NCBI GenBank assembly: GCA_963768655.1
Contig: CAVYIM010000004.1
Span: 256,001 to 320,000 of the forward strand
Source: an uncultured Chloroflexia bacterium
Lineage (GTDB): Bacteria > Chloroflexota > Limnocylindria > Limnocylindrales > CSP1-4
Direction: 5' to 3'
DNA length: 64,000 bases
Shown here: one piece after another, positions 46,406 to 56,396 of the stretch
Layout: every line of letters begins with the position of its first letter
How positions within the stretch are numbered: position 1 is the stretch's first letter
Notes under the pieces: model-generated
The model's database searches: none
The model's input: only the letters and a program-made list of their open reading frames with translations
Told to the model about the DNA's origin: nothing
Translations under genes and position numbers: made by a program

Positions 46406-49400
46406 TCAGGGAAGAGTGGTCGCCGATGGCTGACCGGGGGAGCTGAACTGGACCGTGTACGTGCGTGTCGCGGACCCATCCTCGGAGGTGACGATGATAC
46501 TGGCAGAGCCTGGCACGGCAGTGGGCGGGATCACGATGACGCTGCCGTTCGCGGCCGGAACCGCGCTGATCTGTGGGATGTCTGGGCCGGCCGTGGTCCC
46601 GTAGTCGAGCGTGGCCTGATCGAAGCCGGCGATGGGGGAGCCGTCAACCTCCAGGCTCGTCAACGCCGCCACCGAGTGGTAGGTCACGGGGCTGCCCACG
46701 ACCTCCAGCTCGGCGATCTGGAAGAAGCCCCGGTCGGTTCCTGGCGCCGGGCTCGTCATGTCGAGTCAAATCGCGCTCGCCGACTCCGGGTCGAACGAGA
46801 TGGTCGTCGGCTTGCCTGCGGATCCGTAGACGACCCTGGCGTGCGTGGCCGGAATCCAGCTGGTTCCGTCCCAGGAGCTGACATCGATCTGCGAAGGCAG
46901 GACATGCGACTGGTCGGTCACGAAGTACGCCAGCACGCTGTCGAACGTCTGCGGATTCGGCCAGGAGACCGAGACCCAGTCGCTCGCGTCCGCGTTGCTT
47001 ACGGCAGGCAGCTCGGCCGTCGCGTCCTTGATGTAGTAGTTCGACCAACCGCCTCCGGCCACATTGCCGTCGAGCATTCCGGCCGGCAGGGTGTCCGGCG
47101 CGCCCGAGAAGCTCGCATCCGCGAACGGCGCCAGGGGTCCGCTCGCAAGTGCGAGGTTCTGCCTGGGGCCGGATGGATCGGCGACCCTGACACTCGCCAC
47201 GGCCTGCAGCGTCGTGCCGGGGACCGCACCGGTGACTGTGATCAGCCCGATCTTCGAGTAGCTCGCTGGATCGACGACGGCCCACGTGACCGGCACGCGG
47301 GCGTCAACGCCGTCGCTGTAGACGGCGCGAACGGTCTCGGGCAGGCGCGGCACCACGCCTGTGGCAACGACCGTCGAGTATGTCTCGAGGCCCGCGACCG
47401 AGTAGACCGTCACGTCCACCTCCGCCGAAAGGGTCGTCCCGGCCACGGAGCCGCTGACGCGGTAGATGCCGGGCACCGTGCCCGCCTGCGCGGGCAGATC
47501 GCTCCACTTGACCGCCACCTCCGCTTGAGTGCCGTCGGCGTGGACGGCCTCGACCGTCGCCGGTAGCGCGACGGGCGCACCCAGCGGGCTGCGCACTTGT
47601 TCGGGCGCCAGGGCCACCAGCCCGCTGCCGGTGGCGTCCGAGGCGAAGACCGTTGTCGTCGCCGGTAGCAATCCATCGGACCGGGCCGTGATCGTGATCG
47701 GCCCGGGGGCAGTCGTAGAGCCCACGATCGCCACCAGCTTGCCGTTGTAGGCCTTGTGAGAGGGAGCCTTGTAGCCCTCGGCGTCATCCTGGCGGCCGTT
47801 GTCGGCGCCGTCGAAGATTCCACCGCCGACGGCCAGGCTGACCAGGTTGTCGGCGGACGGCACGACCACGCCCGCCGAGTCCACGACGTCGACCTCGACG
47901 TAGGAGAGGGATTTGCCGTCGTCGGGGAGGACGACCCGATCCGGCGTGAGCCGGAGCGCCGCCGGCGCGCCCGCCGTCGAGATTTCGTCCTGTGCCACCA
48001 CCACCCCGTTCTTGCGGGCGATGGCAACGAGCACTCCGGGCGAGTACGGCACGTCCCACGTCAGATGCAGCTTGCCGGAGCTGCCGTTCGGGCTCGTGTA
48101 GCTGCCGCCGGGGTAGTTCTTGTCATCCAGGGACGGCTCCGTCGTCTCCAGGTACGGCCGCCCGTCGACGGTCGTCTTCTGGTCGAACGACCTGGTGCCC
48201 AGAGACTTGCCGTTCAGCGTGAGCTCCACGCTGTCCACATTGGTGTAGACCCAGACCTGGACGATCTGGCCGGGCTGGTAGTCGGTCCAGTCCATCGGGA
48301 CCAGATGAACCATGGGCGCGGTGGTCCACTGGCTCTGGAACAAGTAGTACTCGTCCTTCGGAAAGCCCGCGGTGTCGACGGCCCCGAAGAACGACGACTT
48401 GACGGGGAAGACGGCATAAGGGGTCGGCTCGCCGATGTAGTCGAAGCCGGACCAGAGGAACTGCCCAAGGTCGAACGGGCGGTCTCGATCGTCCTTCAGG
48501 GCGTATTCGGCGCTGGTCGTCCAGGACGCCAGGCTGTTGTCGTACGAGGAAGTCGCCATCTTGCCCGGGGTGTAGTTCTCTCCCGTGTTGAGTGCCTGCG
48601 GATACTGGTAGACGCCCCGCGAGGATTCCTCGGACGAGGATTTCGGACTGGAAGAAGAACTTGGTCGGATACTGGGCGTGGAGGGCGTCGAGCCCCTGCG
48701 CCGACTCGTAGTTGACGCCGAGCCCGTCGAGCTCCCCGAGAATCTCGTCGGCACCCGACCCCTTCGCCGGGAGCGAGCGGTACTGGTCCGAGGCGGCGAC
48801 GACCGGACGAGTGGTATCGAGACCGCGGATGTCGTCGATGAGCCGCTGAGCCGTCTGGAGGTTCGATGGGTCGGTGAAGCCGGGGATCTCGTTCCCTATG
48901 GACCACATGATCACCGACGGCGAATTGCGGGCCTCGAGGACCATTTCCTCGATGTCGGAGTCGCTCCAGTTCTTGAAGTAGACGCTGTAGTCGTGGGTGA
49001 GCTTGGGCTGTGACCAGGTGTCGAAGGCCTCATCCGTCACCAGGATCCCCAGCCGGTCGCAGATCGCCAGCATCTCCGGCGAGGGCGGGTTGTGGGACGT
49101 GCGCAGGGCGTTCACGCCCATCTGCTTGAGGAGAGTCATCTGCCGGACCAGGGCGTCCGAATTGTCGACGGACCCCAGCGCGCCCTCGTCGTTGTGGAGA
49201 TCGACTCCCTGGAGCTTCATCGGCACCCCGTTGAGGTAGAACCCGGTGTTCGAGTCGAACCGCAGCCAGCGGATGCCGAAAAGAGTGCTGTACGTGTCGA
49301 CCGTAACGCCGTCGCGGACGAGGTCGGCCTCCAGCGTGTAGAGGTATGGATCCGCGGTGGACCACAGATGAGGTTGGGTAACCCTGACGTCGAGGGCGGT

Positions 49401-50279
49401 CTCACTGGCCTGCGTGCCGAGCTGCACGGAACCCGACGTCGATTGCGCGACGGTCGCCCCCGAAGCGTCGAGGATCCGGGTTGTTACCCTGACGATCGCG
49501 TTCGAGCCGCTGTCGTCGACGACGTCCACGGTGGCGTGCACCGTGGCGTAGCCGAATTCGTACTCGGTTGCCACCGCCGGCGTGGTCACGAAGACTCCGT
49601 CGCGGGCGACGTGGACCGGGTCCGTGACGGTGAGCCAGACGTTGCGCGTGATGCCGCTACCCGAATACCAGCGACTGTTGGGCTCCAGGTTCTGAACCAC
49701 GACGGCGAGAACGTTGGGAGTTACGCCGTCAGTGTGGACGACCTTGCTGATATCCAGGCTGAAGCCCGTATAGCCGTAGGCGTGATTGCCGATGCGCTGG
49801 CCGTTCAGGTACAGCCACGAGTCCATGTAGATCCCGTCGAAGTCCAGGCTGATCGACTTGCCCGTCATCGACGCGGGCAGGGTGAACGTCTTCCGGTACC
49901 AGCCCAGACCGCCAGGGAAGTAGCCCGTCGCGTTGCTGACCCCGGTCGGCTGCGGCAGCAGCTCGATACTCCAGTCGTACGGGAGAGTGACCGACTGCCA
50001 CGACGCGTCGTCGAAGCCGACCGCCGAGGCGAGAGGGTCCGAGGCGTTGCCGAACGTCCCCGTTGGATCGGTCGTGTCCCTGGTATTGACCAGGACGAAC
50101 TTCCAGCCGGCGTCGAAGTCGATGCGGCGCGCGCCGCCGTACGCGACTGCGTTGGAGGGCGTCGCGCTTGCCACCGGCTGGGGGGCCGCCCTCAACGCGA
50201 GTTGAGCGACGACAAGAGCCAGGACGGCACAAGCCGCCAGCACGACGGCAGCGAGCCTCCGGGAACGCACTCGGCGCAT
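46406..50279 (-). CDS. Secreted multidomain GH2 beta-galactosidase, interrupted by a 1-bp frameshift (48641-48643) and an in-frame TGA (46766-46768)
   Basis: Signal peptide, GLGWYRKTF, SRWYSGSGI, GVDLH.D.GALG, RTSHNPP, WSIGNE, WSGFDYIGEPTPY, Ig-like repeats; three ORF pieces join into about 1290 aa. Confidence 0.88.
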
Positions 50280-50285
50280 GTCTGC

Positions 50286-52319
50286 CTAACCCACTCGAAC
50301 AATCGCCACGTCGACCGGGGCGACCCGTAAGGACTGTTGGACCGTCTGCCCCGAGATCAACTCGAGGCCCGGCTCTTCGAGCGGAACGTCAATGGCCTCG
50401 TTCGAGTGGTTGAGGATGAACACCCACGACCGGGGGCCGTCAGAGCGGCGCACGATCTCGGCCGTCGAGGACGACCCCGGCGTTGGAGTCACGCCGGCCG
50501 CTTCGCAGGCCTGGCCGACGACCCAGGCGAGGCCCGCCTCTTCCGGCCAGGTTCCCATGTAGATGGCCGTGCCGCTCCCATAGCGATGGAGCGTCACGGC
50601 CGGCAGACCTTTGTAGAAGTCCGCCTCGAAGGCCGCGATCGCCTCGGCGCCCTCCAGGCGCACGACGTCCGCCCAGTCGCGGCACTCGAGGCTGCGCCCG
50701 TCCGCCGTTCGCATGCTGTTGGTCATGCTGCCCGCGAACGGCGCGGATTCCTCGATCTGCAGGCCGAGAAGGTCTCTGAACGGCGCCGCACCCAGCCGCA
50801 TATGGACGTTCGCGTCGACCAGGCCGCTGAAGAAGGACATCAGCACGATGCCACCGCCGGCCGCGTAGCGGCGAAGGTTGTCGGCGCCGGCATCGTCCAC
50901 GAGATAGAGGTGCGGGGCCACGACCAGCGAATAGCCCGAGAGATCCGCCCCGGGCTCCGCGAAATCGACGGTCACGCCAGAGCGGAACAGGGCCGCGTAC
51001 AGCTCGCGGACGTGGGCCAGGAGACGGATCGAGGCGCTCGGCTTGCCGTCCGTCTCCAGGGCCCACCAGTTCGTCCAATCGAACAGAATCGCGACCTTCG
51101 CTCGGGCGCGACTGCCACGCAATTCCGACAGGCGCTTCAGCTCCGAGCCCAGCGCCACCGCCTCGCGCCACTGGCGGTTGTCGGTCCCGTTGTGAGACAC
51201 GAGACCGATCATGTGCATCTCGGCCCCCGCAGGCGCGGCGCGCCACTGGAAGAACATTACTCCGTTTGCGCCGCGCGCAACCGCCTGGAAGGACCCGAGC
51301 CGCATGACGCCAGGCCGTTTCGTGGAATTCCTGTCGCGCCACGTCGCGTACGCCGCCGCCTGCTCCATGAGCACCCACGGGCGCCCTCCTCCGAGCGAGC
51401 GCGCCAGGTCGCAGACCATCGCTGCCTCGACCATCCATTCCGGATCGCTGGTCTCCGGGTAGGCGTCGTTGGCGACGACATCCTCGTGGGCTGCCAGTGC
51501 CCAGTAGTCGATGGGCATGTAGAAACCCATCAAGTTGGTCGTGACCGGCACGGCCGGCGTGACTTCCTCGAGGATCGCCTTCTGGTCGAGGAAACAGTCG
51601 ATCCAAGAGTCGGACGAGAAGCGGCGCCAGTCGAGCTGATGGCCCGGATTGGCGAACGCCGGGAGGGGGCGCGGAGGTTCGATGTCCTCCCAGTCGGTGT
51701 ATCGCTGGCTCCAGACGGACGTCCCCCAGGCCTCGTTCAGCGCGTCCAGGATGCGGTAGCGACGCTTCAGCCAGGCTCGGAATGCGGCCCTCGACTGATC
51801 GCAAAAGCATTCCGTGACGTGACAGGCGTACTCGTTGTCGACGTGCCAGAGGGCCAGCGCCGGGTGGTCGCGGTAATGCTCTGCAAGTGCCCGCGCCACC
51901 TTCTTCGCGGCCTCGCGGTACGCCGGCGCATGTGGACAGTAATGACGCCGCGATCCGGCCCGCAGCGTCACTCCCTCGGCGGTCACCGGCAGGGTTTCAG
52001 GGTGGAGCCTGCCCAGCCACGGCGGCGGCGCCGCAGTCGGCGTGGCGAGGTTCACCGACACGCCACCGGCGTGCAGGAGATCGAAGGCGCGGTCCAGCCA
52101 CGCGAAGTCGAACCGGCCGGGCTCGGGCTCCAGCTTCGACCAGCCAAAGACACCGAGCGACACGAGGTTGACGCTCGCCTCCTGCATCAAGCGAACGTCT
52201 TCCGCCCAGACCTCCTCCGGCCACTGGTCCGGGTTGTAGTCCCCGCCGTAGAGCAGCCCACCCGGGCCAGGAGCTGCATTCTCACCGCGCGAGGGCGCGG
52301 CGTTCATGTTGGTGGGCAT
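50286..52319 (-). CDS. GH42 beta-galactosidase
   Basis: YGGDYNPDQW, F.WS.LEP, LATPTAAPP.W, WHVDNEY, LMEQ, FFQWR...GAE. Confidence 0.95.
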   Translation of the reverse strand: MPTNMNAAPSRGENAAPGPGGLLYGGDYNPDQWPEEVWAEDVRLMQEASVNLVSLGVFGWSKLEPEPGRFDFAWLDRAFDLLHAGGVSVNLATPTAAPPPWLGRLHPETLPVTAEGVTLRAGSRRHYCPHAPAYREAAKKVARALAEHYRDHPALALWHVDNEYACHVTECFCDQSRAAFRAWLKRRYRILDALNEAWGTSVWSQRYTDWEDIEPPRPLPAFANPGHQLDWRRFSSDSWIDCFLDQKAILEEVTPAVPVTTNLMGFYMPIDYWALAAHEDVVANDAYPETSDPEWMVEAAMVCDLARSLGGGRPWVLMEQAAAYATWRDRNSTKRPGVMRLGSFQAVARGANGVMFFQWRAAPAGAEMHMIGLVSHNGTDNRQWREAVALGSELKRLSELRGSRARAKVAILFDWTNWWALETDGKPSASIRLLAHVRELYAALFRSGVTVDFAEPGADLSGYSLVVAPHLYLVDDAGADNLRRYAAGGGIVLMSFFSGLVDANVHMRLGAAPFRDLLGLQIEESAPFAGSMTNSMRTADGRSLECRDWADVVRLEGAEAIAAFEADFYKGLPAVTLHRYGSGTAIYMGTWPEEAGLAWVVGQACEAAGVTPTPGSSSTAEIVRRSDGPRSWVFILNHSNEAIDVPLEEPGLELISGQTVQQSLRVAPVDVAIVRVG

Positions 52320-52409
52320 ACGGAGATCTCCAGTTGAATGCCTGTTTCGGTCGCGGTTGCGGCTCCGCGGGTTGCGGCTCGGCGGTCCGTCGGTGTCTCG
52401 GCGCCCGGC

Positions 52410-52826
52410 TCACGCTTCTGTGTCGTTTTCGGCCGACGCCCTGTCTCGATCGGAGATGCCAACGGCCCGCAGGGCGGCCAGGAAGTCCTGGTATCGCAGG
52501 GGATGGAAGGCGCACAGGTCGGCTCCGAGAGCATGAGCGCGAATCTCGTCGCCGGCGAACGAGCAGACGATGACGGGCATGTCCACGCCCCGCTCCCGAG
52601 GCCTCACGGCCTCCAGCCGCTCTATCGACGGCAGCCAGAGCGCGGCAGACCCTGCCGGAGGAGCAGGCGGGGTCTGCCACGGCCCGTGGACTTCACAGAA
52701 GAGGAAACCACTCTGCCCGGCGTACCGTTCCAGCAGGTAGCTGAGGGCCCTGTCGCCGTCCACAACGAAAATAGTCGTCGGTGCCGTGGCACGATCCTGG
52801 TCACATTTCGCTGCGGACGCCTTCAT
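52410..52826 (-). CDS. Degenerate stand-alone receiver-like (pseudo-REC) protein
   Basis: IFVVDGD..LSYLLERY, PVIVCS, AHALGAD...HP.RY..F..AL fit the CheY topology, but the phospho-Asp and Lys are absent; GAGGGA RBS. Confidence 0.6.
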   Translation of the reverse strand: MKASAAKCDQDRATAPTTIFVVDGDRALSYLLERYAGQSGFLFCEVHGPWQTPPAPPAGSAALWLPSIERLEAVRPRERGVDMPVIVCSFAGDEIRAHALGADLCAFHPLRYQDFLAALRAVGISDRDRASAENDTEA

Positions 52827-52871
52827 CGTGGTCCCTCGTCCTCGCTGGGTCGCCTGACGAGCGACCGGCAG

Positions 52872-53762
52872 CTACTCCTTCACGCCGCCGACCGTGAGTC
52901 CGCCTTCCCAATACCGCTGCACGATCAGGAACGCGACCATGACCGGAATGATCGCCAGCAGGGAGGCCGTCACGACGATTGCGTACAGAACCTGCACGTT
53001 GCCTGGTTGAGTCGCCAGCGAGTTCCAATACGCGAGGCCCACTGTCACTGGGAAGGTGTCCGACCTGCTCAGTAGCAGCAGCGGCAGGAAGTAGTTGTTC
53101 CAGGCTCCGACGAAAGCCAGCAACAGCACCGTCACGAACCCGGGCACCAGCAGCCGGAAGGCGACCTGACTGAAGATGCGGAACTCCCCAGCCCCATCGA
53201 CCCGCGCGGCATCGATCAGTTCCCGCGGAATGGCTCTGTCGGCGTAGATCCGCATGAGGTAGACGCCGAACGGATTCACAAGTGAGGGCAGAATGATCGA
53301 GATGAGCGTGTTCGACAGACCCAGACCCGCCTTACTCATCATGAAGAAGAGTGGCACGGCCAGGACCGAAGCCGGCACGAACACGGACCCGATTACGACG
53401 GCAAACAGCACGTTGCGTCCCCGGAAGTCATACACGGCAAAGGCGTATCCGGCCAGCGTGGCGATGACTGTCGAGAGGAACGCTGCAGTGCACGCGTAGA
53501 TCGCTGAGTTTCGCAGCCAGAGGATGAACGCACCGTTGTCTCGTGAGAGTACGTCGCTGATGTTCTGGAAGAGGTTGAACGGCTGAGCGAACCAGAACCC
53601 GAACGAATTGAACAGCCCACCGTTGGTCTTCGTCGACGCAATCACCAGCCACAGCAGCGGCGTCAAGAAGTAGAGCAAGCCAAAGACCATGATGCAGTGC
53701 GCGAAGACGCTCCCTTTCGAGGGCAGCCGTCGACGCCGGCGTGTGCGGACGATCGCCGTCAT
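52872..53762 (-). CDS. Carbohydrate ABC transporter permease (MalG-like)
   Basis: AGYAFA.YDFRGR, IPRELIDAARVDGAGE, WNNYFLPL. Confidence 0.95.
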   Translation of the reverse strand: MTAIVRTRRRRRLPSKGSVFAHCIMVFGLLYFLTPLLWLVIASTKTNGGLFNSFGFWFAQPFNLFQNISDVLSRDNGAFILWLRNSAIYACTAAFLSTVIATLAGYAFAVYDFRGRNVLFAVVIGSVFVPASVLAVPLFFMMSKAGLGLSNTLISIILPSLVNPFGVYLMRIYADRAIPRELIDAARVDGAGEFRIFSQVAFRLLVPGFVTVLLLAFVGAWNNYFLPLLLLSRSDTFPVTVGLAYWNSLATQPGNVQVLYAIVVTASLLAIIPVMVAFLIVQRYWEGGLTVGGVKE

Positions 53763-54742
53763 GCGCTTCTCCTTGTTCGCCAGGCGTTGACTACGAGGAC
53801 TATGGCGACAAGCACGAACGTCACCATGGCAAGGGTGAAGGCGATGGCAGCGGAATAGTCGAATTGGTCGCTTGCGAAGGCGAGGTTGTACACGTACATG
53901 TTCGGAGTGAAGTTGGGACCGATGGCATCCGGAGCCACCTGCCGCATCACATTCGGCTCATTGAAGAGCTGCAGCGTTCCGATGATCGAGAAGATCAGCG
54001 TCAGCATGATCGCAGGGGCGATCATCGGGATCTTGATGTGCCACGCGATCGCGATTCCGCTGGCCCCGTCGACGCGCGCGGCTTCGTAGAGCTCGTTGGG
54101 AATGGCCTTCAATGCCGCGTACATGATCACCATGTTGTAGCCGGCCCATTGCCAGGTCGAGATGTTGGCCAGGGCGGGAATGATCGTGTCCGGCGACAGG
54201 AACATCGGCGGATTGATGTTGAAGAACGTGGCGATCTGGGCGACCGGTCCGAAGGCCTGCCCGTACAAGTAGCCCCAGATCAGAGCGGCCACGACGCTGG
54301 GGACGGCGAACGGCAGGAAGAATCCGAGACGGAACAACGTTGGCCGCCGGATGATCCCGCTATCCAGCAGCAGCGCGGCGCCCAACGCGACGCCGAGCAT
54401 CACGGGGACCTGCAGCAGGCCGAACGACACGACGTTCCGTACGCCCGTCCAGAAATAGTCGTCGGAGAGCGCCTTGAGGTAGTTGTCGATGCCGACGAAG
54501 CTCGTGCCGCCGATGAGCTTCGTTCGAGTCGTGCTCAGATTGGCGGCGTACGCCAGGGGGTAGACGACGAACGCGAGGAACGAGAGCACGAAGGGCGAGA
54601 GGAACAGGTAGGGCGTGACGCGCCGCCTGATGCGGCGCAGCCTGCTACCGCGCTGCGCCCGCATCGGGCGGGGACGGCTGTCGGCCGGCCGATCCTGAGC
54701 TGGCAGGCTCTCGGCCGGCAGGCTCGCGGCTGCTGACGTCAT
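53759..54742 (-). CDS. Carbohydrate ABC transporter permease (MalF-like)
   Basis: FVGIDNY, FLPFAVPSVV, WQWAGYNM, ELYEAARVDGA, LQLFNEP. Confidence 0.95.
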   Translation of the reverse strand: MTSAAASLPAESLPAQDRPADSRPRPMRAQRGSRLRRIRRRVTPYLFLSPFVLSFLAFVVYPLAYAANLSTTRTKLIGGTSFVGIDNYLKALSDDYFWTGVRNVVSFGLLQVPVMLGVALGAALLLDSGIIRRPTLFRLGFFLPFAVPSVVAALIWGYLYGQAFGPVAQIATFFNINPPMFLSPDTIIPALANISTWQWAGYNMVIMYAALKAIPNELYEAARVDGASGIAIAWHIKIPMIAPAIMLTLIFSIIGTLQLFNEPNVMRQVAPDAIGPNFTPNMYVYNLAFASDQFDYSAAIAFTLAMVTFVLVAIVLVVNAWRTRRSA

Positions 54743-54801
54743 ACGGAACCGAGCCTTCCTTGGTGATTGGATTCGCCCGTGCCGGCCCGGACGGTCCAGG
54801 A

Positions 54802-54847
54802 GCCGCGCAGAGAGTCGAGTGACTTGCGAGACCCGATCCTGCGCGGC
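54802..54847 (-). other. Intercistronic stem-loop after the binding-protein gene (probable mRNA stabiliser or attenuator)
   Basis: GCCGCGCAG (54802-54810) and CTGCGCGGC (54839-54847). Confidence 0.4.
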
Positions 54848-54868
54848 ACCTGACCGACCAGATCCTGT

Positions 54869-56254
54869 CTAGGGTGTGGTCACCTTGAAGCCCTGATCGG
54901 TGGCGTACTGCACGCTCTTGGCCTGCAGATCCTTCATCAGATCCGCGAAGGTCATCTTGCCTGAGTGCACCTGGACCAGGTCCGTCGCGTACGTCGAGTA
55001 CACGAAGTCGGTGAAGGGGCTCCAGCCGAACGAAGGATCGACCTGGCTCATGGCCGTGGCCATGACCTGGTGGGTCGTGGCTCCGCCGAAGAACGGATCG
55101 GTGGCGGCCGTCCAGGTCGGGTCGGCGAGGAGCGCAGTTTGCACGGGGAAGAGCGCGGCCGGGTTGGCGGTCAGCTCACCGGTGGCCTTGGGGTCGGTGG
55201 TCAGCCAGCGAGCGAACTCGTCGGCGGCCTTCTTCTGCTGCGAGGCGTTGGTGACGGCGATCGAGGACCCACCGTAGGCGCCGTCAGAGTTGGCGCCGGC
55301 GGTCCACTGCGGCATCGTGGTGATTACCCAGTTGCCCTTGGTGTCCGGGGCAGCGGGGATTATCGACTCGGGGCCCCACGCGCCTGCATCCCAGCACGCG
55401 ATGTTGCCCTTGTCGAGAGCCGTGTTCCAGTCGTTCGTCCACGTGCCGACCGGGCTGAGGTTGCCCGAGGTGAGCAGGTTGCCCCAGAAGTTGGCGACCT
55501 GGAGGGCCTGGGTGGACGTGAAGTCGATGGTGATGTTGGAGCCGTCAACGACGAACGGCTTGGCTCCGGCCTGCCACAGGTGCCCGAAGAACCAGCCCTG
55601 GTCATCGGTGAAGTTGCTGAGGTAGGACTTGCTGTCGGCCTTGTGGATCGTGGCCGCGTCGGTGGCGAAGTCGGCCCATGTCGCCGGCGGGGCGCTGATG
55701 CCGAACTTGGTCAGGACGGCCTGGTTGCACATGAGGATCATTGGGCCGGCGTCCTGCGGATAGGCATAGACGCCCTGGCCCTGGGACACCTGGGCCCACG
55801 TCCAGGGCACGAAGTCGCCCGAGACGGAGGTCGCGCCCAGGTTGGCGAGGTTGGCGAGTGTGCCGCGGGCAATGAACTCGGGCAGGTGCTGATACTCGAT
55901 CTGGACGACATCGGGGATGTCGCTGCCGGCCTGGAGGGCGGTGTTGAGCTTGGCGTACTCGGTGTTGCCGTTGCCGGGGTTCGTGTAGTCGACGAAGACG
56001 TCGGTGTGGGAGGCGTTGAACTCATCGACCTGGGTCTGAATGCCGGGCACCCACGACCAGAACGAGATATGAACTGCGTTTGGCGGGGGCGTTACTGCGG
56101 GCGTCGGTGCGGGAGTCCCGGTGGGGATGGCTTCCGTCGGCGGGGCTGTCGGCGCGGTCGTGGCGGTGGCGCCACTGCAGCCGACAGCCGAAAGCAGGAC
56201 GAGGCCCATGAGGCCTCGCGCGAGGGCACCTCGTTGATCGAACCTACCTATCAT
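54869..56254 (-). CDS. Sugar ABC transporter substrate-binding lipoprotein
   Basis: Lipobox AVGC, Thr/Pro linker, FWSWVPG, PDVVQIEY, YPQDAGP, GGSS.AV. Confidence 0.93.
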   Translation of the reverse strand: MIGRFDQRGALARGLMGLVLLSAVGCSGATATTAPTAPPTEAIPTGTPAPTPAVTPPPNAVHISFWSWVPGIQTQVDEFNASHTDVFVDYTNPGNGNTEYAKLNTALQAGSDIPDVVQIEYQHLPEFIARGTLANLANLGATSVSGDFVPWTWAQVSQGQGVYAYPQDAGPMILMCNQAVLTKFGISAPPATWADFATDAATIHKADSKSYLSNFTDDQGWFFGHLWQAGAKPFVVDGSNITIDFTSTQALQVANFWGNLLTSGNLSPVGTWTNDWNTALDKGNIACWDAGAWGPESIIPAAPDTKGNWVITTMPQWTAGANSDGAYGGSSIAVTNASQQKKAADEFARWLTTDPKATGELTANPAALFPVQTALLADPTWTAATDPFFGGATTHQVMATAMSQVDPSFGWSPFTDFVYSTYATDLVQVHSGKMTFADLMKDLQAKSVQYATDQGFKVTTP

Positions 56255-56316
56255 CCCAACCTCCTGCGCGGACGTGGCGGACTTGTGACAGCCGTCCGCC
56301 CTCGTGACGCGCAGGC

Positions 56317-56380
56317 ATTGTCAGAGCGACGTTGGTGGTGGGTCTTGACCGAGGGCGGGATGTTGTTGACGGATTCCGGG
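56317..56380 (-). promoter_or_regulatory. Putative AraC-type operator and promoter of the ABC/galactosidase operon
   Basis: Minus strand CCCGGAATCCGTCAACAACATCCCGCCCTCGGTCAAGAC-N19-GACAAT; 30/39 identical to 60195-60233. Confidence 0.7.
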
Positions 56381-56396
56381 CCGCTTCGGCCGCGCC

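Noticed and set aside
46766-46768. Selenocysteine or stop-codon reassignment
   Set aside because: The position fits Arg rather than Cys, and TGA is used as a normal stop throughout the window (many ATGA/GTGA overlaps)
26732-48643. Programmed ribosomal frameshifting at the split genes
   Set aside because: No slippery heptamers or shared context; the affected families are unrelated; single-base indels explain all cases
52352-52380. Short duplicated GGTTGCGGCTC upstream of GH42
   Set aside because: Two copies of a GC-rich 11-mer with no match at other promoters in the window; probably slippage
52872-56254. Sugar ABC transporter without an ATPase
   Set aside because: Normal for CUT1 systems that share an MsiK/MsmX-type ATPase encoded elsewhere
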